A stretch of 64,000 nucleotides of DNA, from contig NC_043022.1 of the NCBI RefSeq assembly GCF_006345805.1, positions 19,778,001 to 19,842,000 on the forward strand, read 5' to 3'. The DNA is from Octopus sinensis. Its lineage: Eukaryota. Under the pieces are notes generated by a model. It saw only the letters and a program-made list of their open reading frames with translations. It made no database searches and had not been told where the DNA came from. The translations under genes were made by a program, and so were the position numbers. Of the stretch, positions 52,047 through 64,000 are shown piece by piece. Position 1 is the stretch's first letter, and each line of letters opens with the position of its first letter.

Positions 52047-52143
52047 GGTATTTTTATGTATGTATGTATGTATGTATGTATGTATGTATGTATGTATGTA
52101 TGTTTATTTGTTTGTATTCATGTTTGTATATATGTATGTCATA

Positions 52144-52540
52144 GGTGGCGAGCTGGCAGAGACGTTAGCACGCCGGGCGAAATGCGTAGCCGTATTTCGT
52201 CTGTCGTTACGTTGTGAGTTCAAATTCCGCCGAGGACGACTTGCCGTTCATCCTTTCGTACCAGTTACGCACTGGAATCGATGTAATCGACTTAATACCT
52301 ATGTCTGTCCTTGTTTGTCCCCTCTGTGTTTAGCCCCGTGTGGGTAATAAAGAAATAGGTATTCCATCTGTCGTTACGTTCTGAGTTCAAATTCCGCCGA
52401 GGTTGACTTTGCCTTTCATCCTTTCGGGGTCGATAAATAAAGAACTAATTTCGCACTGGAGTCGATGTAATCGACTTAATCCGTTTGTCTGTCCTTGTTT
52501 GTCCCCTTTATGTTTAGCCCCTTGTGGGTAATAAAGAGAT
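52144..52540 (+). mobile_element. SINE family C with tandem duplication of its 3' three-quarters
   Basis: Units about 52190-52358 and 52359-52540, each ending 'tgtgggtaataaaga'. Confidence 0.85.
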
Positions 52541-53764
52541 ATATATGTATGTGTGTATGAGTGCATGTATGTATGTATTTGTATGCTTGTATGTATGCAT
52601 GCATGTATGTATGTATGTTTGTATGCATGTATGTATGCATGTATGTGTATATGACTTTGAATTTCATCCTGTAGTGGGACTCTGCTTCGAAAGTTCCATG
52701 GTTTTCAGGGTCCCAGCTATGGGTCAACTAGTATGTTATGACAATGCATCTGAGCGCGAGGATGTTCGTTTTCGTTATTTTTCCTTCTTTTTGCATATGT
52801 GAGTTACAAGTAAATGTTATATTTGGAGATATATTTGTAGAAAATAGGAATAAGCGGTCTTTGACTGCTATTTCTAAATTTTCGGTATGTGGCTAAGCAA
52901 CTTGTTGCTTAACCCTATATATATACATAAAGAACTTTTTGTAAAAGTTCTTACCGATAATGGTTATATTTCCATACCGAATCTACTCGGTAATAATTAT
53001 TAATTTTAAAATTAATAATTATTTACCCTTATATTATTAATATATATATATATTCATGATCACGAGATTTCACAATGGCTATTTTTCTCCGCTATATACT
53101 AGTTAAATGCACTAAAACTTTACTTCTAAATTTAGACACGGAGCAGTGAATAGCCTCATACAGATTTCTCTTAATTTCTCCATCGATTTCAATGCTATAT
53201 TTAACATTACAGCTCCATAGTTTTTGTTGCTTTTTTTGTTTGTTGTTTCTTTACATTTATTGAAATTTATGTAAATACAATAACAAGTTTATCGATTTTT
53301 TTTTCTTTTTCGGTTTTCTTTTCCCATATGGCACCAACTTTTTCTATTTGACTAATTTTCCTTCTCTTTATATAAAATTTCTTTCATTTCACTAATTTCG
53401 TCTATGCGTATGTAGTTCACGTGACAGCCTGCGTCTAAGTAGTGAGTGTGTGGCACACGCGGTAGTAAAATTGTGGTTTCCATTTCTGAAACGGCCGGTA
53501 CGTTGTGTTTACTGAGCAAAATATTTCCTTTCATCTTGCTCCTGTCTGCTTAGCTGGCAAAAATGGGAGCTCCGCCTTGAAGGGTTTTACTTGAACAAAT
53601 CAACCCAGATATATTTTTGAAGTAAGGTACTTATTCAATCTCTTTTACTGAACCACTAAGTTACGGGGAATAAACTAACCAAGATTGGTCGTCAAGCGAA
53701 TCAGGGGTACAAAAATAGATACAAAGATACGCGCACATAGATATTTATATGTTCGCGAGCACGT

Positions 53765-54345
53765 GCGTGTGTGTGGGGTGTATTTATGTATGTATGCATT
53801 TATGTATGTATGCATTTATGCATGTCACCGTATAACTATGTATGCATGCATGCATGCATGCATGTATGTATGTATGTATGTGTGTATGTGTGTGCGTGTG
53901 TGTGTGTGTTTATGTATGTATGTATGTATGTATGTATGTATGTGTGTGTGCGTATGTTTGTGTGTTTATGTATGTATGCATGTATGTATGTATGTATGTA
54001 TGTATGTATGTATGTATGTATGCATGTATGCGTGTGCGTGTGCGTGTATGTGTGTGTTTATGTACGTATGTATGTATGTATGTATGTATGTATGTATGGT
54101 TGTATGTATTTATTTATTTATGTATGTATGGTTGTATATATGTATGTATTTATTTATTTATGTATGTATGTATGCGTGTGCGTGTGTGCGTATGTGTGTG
54201 TGTTTATGTATGTATGTATGTATGTCTGTGTGTGTGCGTATGTGTGTGTGTTTATGTATGTATGTATGTATGTATGTGTGTGTGTGCGTATGTGTGTGTG
54301 TTTATGTATGTATGTATGTATGTATGTATGTATGTATGTATGTGT
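53765..54345. repeat. (TATG)n/(TG)n compound microsatellite
   Basis: Directly visible. Confidence 0.95.
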
Positions 54346-54346
54346 A

Positions 54347-54518
54347 GGCGCAGGCGTAGCTTTGTGGTAAGAGGTTTGCTTCCCAACCACATGGTTCCAG
54401 GATCAGTCCCATCGCATGGTACCTCGAGCAAGTGTCTTTTGCTATAATCTCGGGTCGATCAGAGTCTTGTGAATGCATTTGTTAGATGGAAACCGAAAGA
54501 AGCCTGTCGATCTATCTA

Positions 54519-54573
<55 letters not shown>

Positions 54574-54772
54574 TGTGTGTGTCTTTGTGCTAGTGTTTGT
54601 TCTCCACTACCGCTTGATAACCTGTGTTGATGTGTTTACATCTCCGTAACTTAGCGGTTCGGCAAAAGACTCGATAGAATAAGTACCAGACTTAAAAAAG
54701 ATAAACAGTGGGTTGCTTCATTCGACTAAAAGTTCTTCATGGCGGTGCCCCAGCACGGCCGCAGACTAATGA
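54347..54772 (+). mobile_element. SINE family A, full length
   Basis: Head, internal (TG)n and tail are colinear with 6838-7280. Confidence 0.85.
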
Positions 54773-55025
54773 TATACAGATGTCTGACTATCATTTCATC
54801 TCTTGATCAGCCTTGTATTTTACAAAACAATCAGGTTGAACGTGAGACGGCTATCATCCGACAAGATGAAGCAATCATCATACCTGTATCCAAAGTGAAA
54901 TATGATGGGATAAAATAAACGCTTCGAAAAGAAAAATGCATCGCGGGGTTCAATTCCAACTGAAATATGTTCCTTAACATCTGTGTCAAATTTACAGTTT
55001 CTATCTGCAAAATGAAAAAAAAAAG

Positions 55026-55230
55026 GATATAGCTCCTTCCCGAGTTATGTCCTTCTTTGGTCGCAAAAGACACTTGCCCAAGGTACACGCAGTGGGACTG
55101 AATCTGGAACCATATGGTTGGGAAGATATAGGTCCTTCCCGATTTATGACTTTCTTAGGTCGCAAAAGACACTTGCCTAAGGTACACGCACTGGAACTAT
55201 ATGGTTGGGAAGATATAGGTCCTTCCCTAC
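55026..55230. repeat. ~100-bp tandem duplication including a SINE A fragment (minus)
   Basis: 'gatataggtccttccc' recurs three times and 'ggtcgcaaaagacacttgcc' twice. Confidence 0.8.
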
Positions 55231-55457
55231 TCATAGGGCCGCTTTCCTGGTTTCCATGGTGAATATATTCCCCACGTGGATGGGACCCCAGTTTGTCGCA
55301 GCTTAGTGAACTAGAACAACATGAAGTGGTTTGTTCAAGAACACAACGCGTCGCACGGTCCAGGAATCGAAGCCACAATCTTACAGCCCTTAATTACTAA
55401 GCCACGCGCATCCGCCAACCTATAAGACTAATAATATAAGTACCAGATAAAACAGCG

Positions 55458-55876
55458 GGATCTTTTCGGTTTTTTAAAATAATTTCCATGTAACTAAACA
55501 CTTTTAAACTTCGTATACTAGTAGAATGTGTTTATAAAACATTTTTTTCTCTAGGTTTTATTGAGTAAATTCTATAGTTTGTAAGATATTTGTTGTTTTT
55601 TTCTTCAATTTCTGCAATTTCAACCAATCAATGACGTCTATTGAGGTGAAAACATTCTGTGCCGTATGAATATGTCCCTCGTTTAAGAAACAGATTGGGT
55701 TTATTTACATCTGTGAAGAAAAAAATATACCCTTCCCCCACCCCTAACCCTAACTAACCCTAACTCTAACCCTAAAACAGATTGAAATGCAATAGATCGA
55801 TACTAGGGTCATAATTATGGGTGACAATTTCATATGACACCGCTAGAAAAAGCTGCCGTTCAAACTGAAAAGATCC
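55458..55876 (-). mobile_element. Merlin-like MITE with (CCCTAA)n
   Basis: Reverse complement of 8267-8667; one TIR is partly deleted. Confidence 0.85.
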
Positions 55877-55972
55877 CGTCGCCCGGTCCAGGAATCGAAG
55901 CCACACTCTTACGATCATGATTTCAACAGCCCTTAATCACTAAGCCACGCGCATCCGCCTACCTGTAAGACT

Positions 55973-55973
55973 A

Positions 55974-56004
<31 letters not shown>

Positions 56005-56148
56005 ATTTGGCTCAAAAGCAAATAGCAAGGCCATGTAGGGGGACATGGAGTTAAGTACAGGGTGGTGTTCATGTAAAAAGTTCAGGCTACCTGAGGTTAA
56101 GGGAGGCTTTGAACAAAGCGGTCGTCGGCATCTTCACCATCTCGTCTG
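55973..56148 (-). mobile_element. CR1/L2-type LINE 3' end with (TAAC)n tail
   Basis: DEMVKMPTTALFKASLNLR resembles the CR1 RT C-terminus (LPxxVVxAxSxxxFKxxLD), followed by a tetranucleotide tail. Confidence 0.65.
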
Positions 56149-56682
56149 ATAGTATAAGTACCAGGTAAAATACCGGGCTTGGTATAACACAGTACGTATT
56201 TATAAAACCAAAAGTATCTGCTTTCCAATCAGTGTCCCAGCATGACCGCAATCCAATGTCTGAAACGAAAGAAAAGAATAAAAGAATATAAGAATAAAAG
56301 AATAATATAACTAAACATTGAGATCTTAAATGAAAAATCGATTCTTTTATCTACTTTGATAAAGGAATTGAACTTTTTTTTAAATTTTTCCTCTACGTGC
56401 CAAAATTTTTGATAAAAATTTTACACATTTATTTATCAGAAATAATATTTTGGCATCAAACTTTACTTCGATTTATTCACCGAGTTTATCAGTGTTTATT
56501 TGTTCCTTGATTTATTTATTTATTTTGGAGATTTTTCTGGCTGTGTGTGTGTTTGTGTGTGTGAAATCTTTGTTTATCTGCTGCATTAATCTAAGGATTC
56601 ATCCACTGATCTTTTCATTACGTCATCATCAATTCATTCGTATCTCCTCTCTCTCTCTCTACACACACACACACACATACAC

Positions 56683-56792
<110 letters not shown>

Positions 56793-57144
56793 TTATGTGT
56801 GAGAGATATACATGCACTAATATGAATATATATATATATATATAAATATACATACATAAATATATACATATGTACATATATATATACATATATATATAGT
56901 GTGTGTGTATACACATATAGTTCTATGCACACAAACACACACACAGACACACACTTATATATATATATATAGACATATATATGTGTGTGTGTGTTTTGGC
57001 GGTGAGTCAAACGTTTTGTTGCACGTGGATAATTTTTTCTATTGGAATTGTTGTCTATTGTTGAATATTTTCGAAATGAAAATTTTTGTGCTTTTTCCCG
57101 GTGACGGGAGAAAGTAATTGTTGAAATATTGAATGTATTAAAGC

Positions 57145-57548
57145 TGTTGTAGTCTTTATTGTCGTGCCCCACCCACCAGCTGGGGTGGGATTTGAACTGT
57201 TATCCTCATTAAGAGGGAAAAAAATATTATAGGTTTCCTGTTTTTTGGCATAAGCAATTTATTACTGCGAGAAAAATTAAATTTTAGCCGTTGTAGGCTC
57301 TATTGTGACATCTGCCACTAGCGTGGGCGAGATTTGAACTGTTGTCCTCGTTGTGAAGAAAAAAAAAATATTATAGGTTTCCCGTTTTTTTTGGATTCTA
57401 TATTTTATTATTGTGGGAAAAAAAATTAATTTCGAACGTTGTAGGCTTCATTGCTACGTCTCGCCCCCCAGCAGGGGTCGGATTTGAACTGTTGTACTCG
57501 TTAAGAGAAAAAAAAAGTAAAAAAATTATAGGTTTCCCTTTTTCTGGG
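57145..57548. repeat. Diverged ~145-bp tandem repeat, 3 units
   Basis: Units start 'gttgtag' at about 57145, 57290 and 57438. All share 'gatttgaactgtt' and 'ttataggtttcc'. Confidence 0.8.
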
Positions 57549-57689
57549 ATTAAATTGTGTTTCATTTATTTCGAATGAATATGTCGGTCGAAATAATCCA
57601 GGAAACGAACCAGCTGCATGAGCCAGCAAAAAAGTTCGCGGCAGTAGCCACTGTCTCTTCTAGAAATATTGTTATAGAAACAGAGAAGC

Positions 57690-60600
57690 TTTCCGATTTT
57701 TATCGGCGCCTAGAGAACTTTCTCGTGACTATAACGCTATTGTTGATGCGTGGAGGCGCAATGGCCCAGCGGTTAGAGCAGCGGACTCGCGGTCATAGGA
57801 TCGCGGTTTCGATTCCCAGACCGGGCGTTGTGAGTGTTTATTGAGCGAAAACACCTAAAGCTCCACGAGGCTCCGGCAGGGGATGGTGGTGATCCCTGCT
57901 GTACTTTTTCACCACAACTTTCTCTCACTCTGTTGTACCTGTATTTCAAAGGGCCGGCCTTGTCACTCTCTGTGTCACGCTGAATATCCCTGAGAACTAC
58001 GTTAATGGTACACGTGTCTGTGGAGTGCTCAGCCACTTACACGTAAATTTCACGAGCAGGCTGTTCCGTTGATTCGGATCAACCGGAACCCTCGTCGTCG
58101 TAACCGACGGAGTGCTTCCATTCCATTGTTGATGCATTCATCGATAGCGTTGGCTCGATCTATAGGAAAGTAAACTCACGTCTCGTGGATCTGCTCAAGC
58201 GGTTTCAGCTGGCAGATCGTTACAGACTTGACCATCCGAACGTCCCGGAGTGGACCTGAATGAGTGGCGACGGAAGGTTCAAGTCCTATTTAGATAGGAT
58301 AGTGATAAGAACTGGAGATAAGTCTAGTTTTAGCTGTCCACAGCTTGTCCAAATAGCATACACTGACCATAGAATGGTTACGTGTAGACTGGACATAGAT
58401 AGTACAGTTAAGAGAGGATCCGGCTACTGGAAGCTGAACAAGTCTATTTTGACTTGTGAGGCATACCTTAGCCGGATTGAGGAATTAGTACAGAGAGGGT
58501 TAACCGGCGCGGTGGTTAATAACCGATGGTGGTTCGCCCTGAAGAGAGCCATTCGTTTTGAGTCTATTAGGTTTAGCCGTAAGCTAAGACTAGATAAGGC
58601 CAGAATAGAAGGGCAACTAGTTAAAGACCTAGAGGAGGCGTTGAGGTTGGGCTCTGCATCTCACATTTTGGCAGCGAGAACGGCCTTGGACCGTCACCTC
58701 AAAGCCAAACATGAGGGGTGCAGAGTTCGGGCTAAAGTGTGCGCATTGAGCCGTGGGGGAATTAATGTTGCCGGATGGGCCCGTACGGTAGAAACCCAGC
58801 GTGGAAATGATGCCACAATTAGGTCTCTCGTGGATGACAATGGGAGTTCGGTCGATGGACGGGACGTGATGTGTGAGGCGATTCACAGGTACTTTGCCGA
58901 GTTGTTTGGGAGTGGCGGGTCGCTGGATCATGGCGAGACCCTTAGGGACTTCCTATCTGGCGGCCCGCGTCTCTCGAGAGGCTGAGTGCTGTGAAGGACC
59001 AGTCACGGCCGAGGAAGTAATTGAGGTACTGGGCGAATGCCCCGAGGAGAAGTCACCGGGTCTCGATGGTCTGCCTTATGAATTTTACAAAACTATGCCA
59101 GACTTGTTCGGGCCCCTGCTGGCCAGTGTCTACGCCAATTGGCATCAGAATGGGAGAATTCCCAAGTCTGTGAGCGGGGGGGGGGTGACGTTGATCAGGA
59201 AGGACCCGAGTAAGGCCCATAACTCTGCTGAACACAGAGTTAAAGATTTTGGCCACGGTACTAGCGAAAAGGTTGGCGCGGGTCGTGAACAAACTTATCG
59301 GGGAAGCGCAAACGTGCGCTATCCCGGGCAGGACGATTCACGACAATCTCCACCTTATACGCTACTCCTTAAAGAGGGTGGGGAAGCTTTCTGGTGCGGG
59401 GGCGGGCACTGGTACATTTAGACCATCGGTACTTGGCGGTGGTCCTCGAGAAGGCTGGCCTGGGCCCAACCTTTCGCGGTTGGATTGCTGCGTTGTACAG
59501 AGACATCGAGTCCGTCGTAAAAGTGAACGGTTTCCTTTCGAAGCCATTCAGGATCGAGCGCTCAGTGCGTCAGGGGTGTCCCCTGTCCTCGCTTTTGTAT
59601 GTACTGGCTCTCGAGCCATTATTGTGGAAGTTGGAGGCACTAGGGGGACGCACCGTATGATCTATGGTCTGGAAGAGGAGCTACGGCGTATGCGGATGAG
59701 GGCCAGCTTCCAATGGTGGAAAAGGCTATCAAAAGTTACGAGGCGGTGGAAGGAGCAAAGGTTAACAAGGACAAGTCAATTGGTTTGCAGCTCGGCACCT
59801 GGAGGGGCAAGCCGATGCCGTCCAATAACGTCGTGGGGCGTTGGACAGAAGGTCCTGTTAAGCTGCTCGGAGTCTGGTTCGGGCCAGACCTCCAGATAGA
59901 GAAAAATTGGAGTGAGGTGGCCAGCAATGGAGGAAAGCCACCCGTGAAGCGCTCTGTCTGCTGCCAGAAACCGCTAAAGGGTGGGCTAGGGATGCGTTGT
60001 CTGAGGATGCGAAAATTCGCGTTAAGGTTGAGGCAATTCTGGCTTTATCTGGATGGAGAGCAGGTGTGGTCACCGCACGTTCGATTCTACCTTCCGCAAT
60101 TAACGTCCGTAACGGACATTGGTAATTGGATCAAGCAGAGACCTAGGCTGGGGGACTGGCAATTGGAGTGCCGCCAGGCACTTCAGCTACTCTCTCGAGC
60201 GGGCAATGCCGGCAATAAGAGTTCCACCGCGGATTTCTATAGCGGGTTAGTGGAGGTTAAGTCCGAAGACGCCTTGAGGGAGACCCTGGGCTCCGATAAA
60301 ATCAGTTAATCAATCTGTTCCGGAGAACTTTCGGGCCAGGGTATCTGGACAATTACCAGAAATCTCTGGCTTGGCAGTGCTTCCGTGCGGCATTACCTGT
60401 TCGTGATAAACTGTCAAGGCACGGAAGTGGCGTCTCGCCGACATGTCCGAGGTGCGAGCAGGACAGGGAAACCGTCTTGCAAGCGGAATTAACGAGATTG
60501 ATAGTTTTCGCAGAGCAACTGTTCCCATCGATGGGAAGAGTACAGCTATCAGCTAAATCTATCATCGAGATTGTGCCGCCTCCTGCCCTTAACAGGGAAA

Positions 60601-61087
60601 GAAAGGCTTGCTTTTTCTGCGTAGTAGCAATACTGAAAGAAACAATATCGAAGACGCGTGTGAGAGGCATAGTGTCGAGTACCTTTGTATCCGGCCAGGG
60701 GTTGGTTAACTTTTTTAGTTACCACCTCTGTAATAAGATCAGGCTGGAAAAAAGGTACCTGTCACGAGACAGATTCATGAGAAGATGGAAGCCTGTGGCG
60801 AGGAAGCTGGGGGTGTTTGGCACAAGGTAAGTGGAAGCCAAAGTCAGGAAAGAAAAAGCAAGGGGTCTACCCTGGTGGTCGGATGCCTATCCTTCAGAGA
60901 AGCCATTACAAATTTCATTTGTAATGAGCAACACTTAAGTCAAAAGTTATAAACATATTTATTAAATTATTGCATATTTTAAATTGTAAATATTTAATCG
61001 CTACAGCTACTTCACCCTTTTATGTTTGTCTGTTCTTGTCCGTCCCTTCTTTGTAATGCCTTCATGGCAAATATTTATGAAATAAAG
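57690..61087 (+). mobile_element. 5'-truncated L1/Tx1-clade LINE; degenerate ORF2 (APE endonuclease, RT, zinc finger) to 60830, plus 3' UTR
   Basis: Motifs SDFYRRLE, YNAIVD, SYLDRI, TDHR, GSGYWKLN, SPGLDGLPYEFY, RQGCPLS, AYAD (about 59686) and CPRC. Multiple frameshifts. AATAAA near 61081. Confidence 0.92.
57750..58124 (+). mobile_element. tRNA(Arg)-derived SINE inserted in the Tx1 endonuclease, with 11-bp TSD
   Basis: TSD ATTGTTGATGC at 57739-57749 and 58125-58135. The endonuclease frame resumes after the insertion. Confidence 0.92.
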
Positions 61088-62280
61088 TAGCTTGCTAAGC
61101 TCATTGCGCATGCGCGAGCCAGAATTGTGTTTGACACTGAAGCAGTAAGACGCGCTTTTGAAGCCGTTTTAAATGGATTACCTATGAAACTCAGCTGTAA
61201 GGTAAGACTTTCTTTCGTCTAGTGAGGGCCTGTTGTATGTCGCAAATTATTTTTACAAAAAAAAAAGTCTGAGGCTGAGTGAAAATATTATTCACTTAAT
61301 TGTGAAAATTATTGGTTTGGTGGGCGTATCCTGCCAAATTTTTTGTTTGAAAATAGTGTTGTTCCTGTTAAGGAGTACCTAGAAGAAAATTGGAATGATT
61401 TTATTAAACTGTTTTACAATTGTGTTAAATTTTGGCCTAGAGTACCAGGTGGCCTTTGCTATCTCTTCTATCTTTGATTAAAAAAAAAAAACTTTATTGA
61501 ACTGTTGATTTTTTACTCTCTCCTTCCTTTTGTTTGGACTTTTTTTCCTCTTCCTTCTTTTTCTTTAATTATTTTATATTTTAACAACTGTAGGATCTTT
61601 TCGGTTTGAACGGCAGTTTTTAACATAATTTCCAGGTAACTAAAAAATTTTAAACTTCGTATACTGGTAGAATGTTTTTATAAAACATCTTTTTATCTTG
61701 GCTTTATTGAGAAAATTCTATAGTTTGTAAGATATTTGTTGTTGTTTTTTCTTCAATCTCTGCAATTTCAACTAATCAGTGACGTCTCTTGAGATAAAAA
61801 AACCTGTGTTGTATGAATATGTCCCTCGTTTAAGAAACAGATTGGGTTTATTTACATTTGTGAAGAAAAAAAGATACCCTTCCCTGTAACCCTGATTGAA
61901 ATGCAATAGATCGATACTAGGGTCATAATTATGGGTGACAATTTCATATAACACTGCTAGGAAAAACTGCCATTCAAACCGAAAAGATCCCATCTGTATT
62001 TTTGGAGTCTTTTAAAAAAAGCATAGCAAATAACAATGAAAAGTTGGAGTGGGAAATTACACCGCCCCAAAATTGGTTAAAAGAACTTGAAAGTAAGACG
62101 GTGGTTTTGAGGACCTACTCTAGGACCCTCGACGCCATTGCCGTTTTCAGAAAGGATATGATCGAAAGAGAGCTGGCAGAATTTAAGCCAGCGATTAAGT
62201 TTATCACTGGGGCGGGGGGTCAAATACGCAACCGTGTGGTTGCTGTTTGACTCCCCAGAAGTGGGCTGTGAATTTGCAAG
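61088..62280 (+). mobile_element. Second Tx1 element in tandem: 5' UTR plus ORF1 N-terminus
   Basis: 5' UTR motifs 'tgcgcatgcg', 'ggcgtatcc' and 'ggagtacct' are shared with 11545-12673. The peptide reads LEWEITPP...KTVVLRTYSRTLD...YATVWLLFD. Confidence 0.8.
61593..61990 (-). mobile_element. Merlin-like MITE with 8-bp TSD
   Basis: Both TIRs are present. Flanks CAACTGTA/CATCTGTA differ by 1 base. Confidence 0.88.
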
Positions 62281-63910
62281 GGATCTTTTCCTTTTGAACG
62301 GCACATGTCAACACAATTTCTAGTTAACTAAACACTTTTAAACTTCGTATACTGGTAGAATGTATTTATAAAACATCATTTTTTCTTGGCTTTATTGAGA
62401 AAATTTTATATGTTGTAACATATTTCCACTTTAATTTCAAGCATTTCGGCAATTTTAACCAATCGCTGACCTCCATTGACATAAACAACATTTCGTGCTG
62501 TATGAATATGTCCCTCGTTTAAGAAACATATTGGGTTTATTTACATTTGCGAAGAAAAAAAGATACCCTTCCCCTAAATCTAAAATAGATTGAAATGGGT
62601 ACTAGTCGCGTAGACTGGACCCGGTGCGCGCAGACGCGCTAGCCAGTCGTAGGTAGTCGATCCTACAGCAAATGAGTATTTTTCAACGATATACGGTGTA
62701 TATTATTTCAAAGACAATTGCGGTTTTTTTTTCGTTACAAAACAATTAGAAGTATTGAAAAAAAAGCAAAACAGCCTTAAGGACAGTCAAACATTTTTTT
62801 TTCAAAGTAGACCACTACAGGCGACAATTCACTTGTGTTTACTTTGAATAGCTACGGCAAACTTCGTTAACCATTCAGCTATGCTCGTTCTCTTTCAACT
62901 GGAATTTAACCCCTGACCAACCCTAAATTATTAGACATTTTGGTCGTGGCCATCCCGCTTTGTTGTAAATCCAATACTGCATTGTTCAGTTTGACTTTAA
63001 AAAAAATTCGGCTGCTATTTCTAACAGCTCGGTGGAAGATATCTCTTGACCGAAGTTGTACAAGGTCTGTGTTTGCTCTTTGTTTTCAGTTTCTCCAAAG
63101 ACCCAACTGAACTCTCGTCTTTAACTTCAGCTGAACAGTTCCCAGTCCCAAGACTGCCTTGGTCTTGCAGACCTGATCAAAGGAGTTTATTTTTAACCAG
63201 ACGTAAAATAACCCTTTACTTCATAGAAATGTTTTATTTCTACGTGGGGGAAATTTGGTTACTATAAGTTTACATTGAAGAGACTTGGTCGTTGACAGGA
63301 ACCTCATAAGTTAACACAGTGAAGAGGCAATTAGTGTTATCTTCGTCTGTGATCTGTTACTGTACTACCCTTCCTCTATCTGTCTGGCAACTAAATTGGC
63401 TTGTCACCAGTAACCGATTTTCCTGATGAAGCCAACAGTAAAATTACCTTGTTGGGGAGGGGTTAAGCCAATTTTTTAAAACCTTTTTTTGAATTTTCAT
63501 GCTGCAGTTTGCCGTAGCTATTCAAAGTAAACACAAGTGAATTGTCGCCTGTAGTGGTCTACTTTGAAAAATAAATGTTTGACTGTCCTTAAGGTTGTTT
63601 TGCTTTTTTTTCAATGCTTCTAATTGTTTTGTAACGAAAAAAAAACGCAATTGTCTTTAAAATAATATACACCGTATATCGTTGAAAAATATTTCCTAAG
63701 CTTCAGTAGGGGCTCGCTATTAACTTAGTTTTTGCAGTGTTGCGCCTATCAGCTCATTTGCATACGCTAGTCGCTGTAGGATTGGCTAGCGCGGATGCGC
63801 GTCTCCGCGCACTGGGTCCAGTCTACGCGACTAGTACCTTGAAATGCAATAGATCGATACTAGGGTTATAATTATGGGTGACATTTTCATTTGACACCGT
63901 TAGAAAAAAA
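62281..63910 (-). mobile_element. Older copy of the same MITE, split by a nested transposon
   Basis: 62281-62597 and 63839-63910 are colinear with 61593-61990. Confidence 0.8.
62598..63838. mobile_element. 1241-bp non-autonomous TIR transposon (Merlin-like) with long inverted repeats
   Basis: TIR GGTACTAGTCGCGTAGACTGGACCC. Perfect 8-bp TSD TTGAAATG at 62590-62597 and 63839-63846. Inner inverted repeats at about 62678-62862 and 63507-63693. Confidence 0.9.
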
Positions 63911-64000
63911 TCCCATTTTCCGTAGCGGTGGCTATTGAAAAGGACACTTGCTCAAAGTACCGCGCAGGAGAACTAAATCCATGATCACGTGGTCGGGAAG

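Noticed and set aside
53415-53520. CACGTGAC E-box in a CpG-richer patch as a promoter
   Set aside because: It is a single short motif with no associated exon or transcription evidence.
57145-57548. Repeat-spacer look suggesting a CRISPR array
   Set aside because: The context is eukaryotic, the units are homologous along their whole length rather than having unique spacers, and no cas genes are present.
58260-60830. The long ORFs as functional protein-coding genes
   Set aside because: They are consecutive frameshifted pieces of one dead LINE ORF2, with a SINE insertion and a deletion at the YADD motif.

Overview
This is AT-rich, microsatellite-saturated animal DNA with one 100-N gap at 40284-40383. 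The tRNA-derived SINE families and repeat content point to an octopus/coleoid cephalopod; that assignment is an inference. I found no intact host gene, and almost all of the ORF track is translated microsatellite. The window is a mosaic of decayed mobile elements: L1/Tx1 LINE pieces (a ~3.4 kb degenerate ORF2 and three ORF1 regions), a HERO-type RLE LINE end, RTE and CR1 3' ends, Penelope-like element (PLE) RT, linker and GIY-YIG fragments, three SINE superfamilies, two non-autonomous Helitrons, and GG-start, 8-bp-TSD (Merlin-like) MITEs, one family carrying TTAGGG repeats. The hidden layer is RNA-level. About 15 hammerhead-ribozyme-like motifs (CUGANGA...GAAAC..GUH) from roughly six families occur, several in inverted pairs. 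They include a multi-copy CUGUNGA core variant and a ~3.4 kb diverged palindrome in which an RT-less Tx1 derivative sits between hammerhead-associated repeat units. There is also a tentative sign that one Tx1 family inserts into the tRNA-derived head of a SINE. All calls were made by eye, without alignment, folding or database searches.
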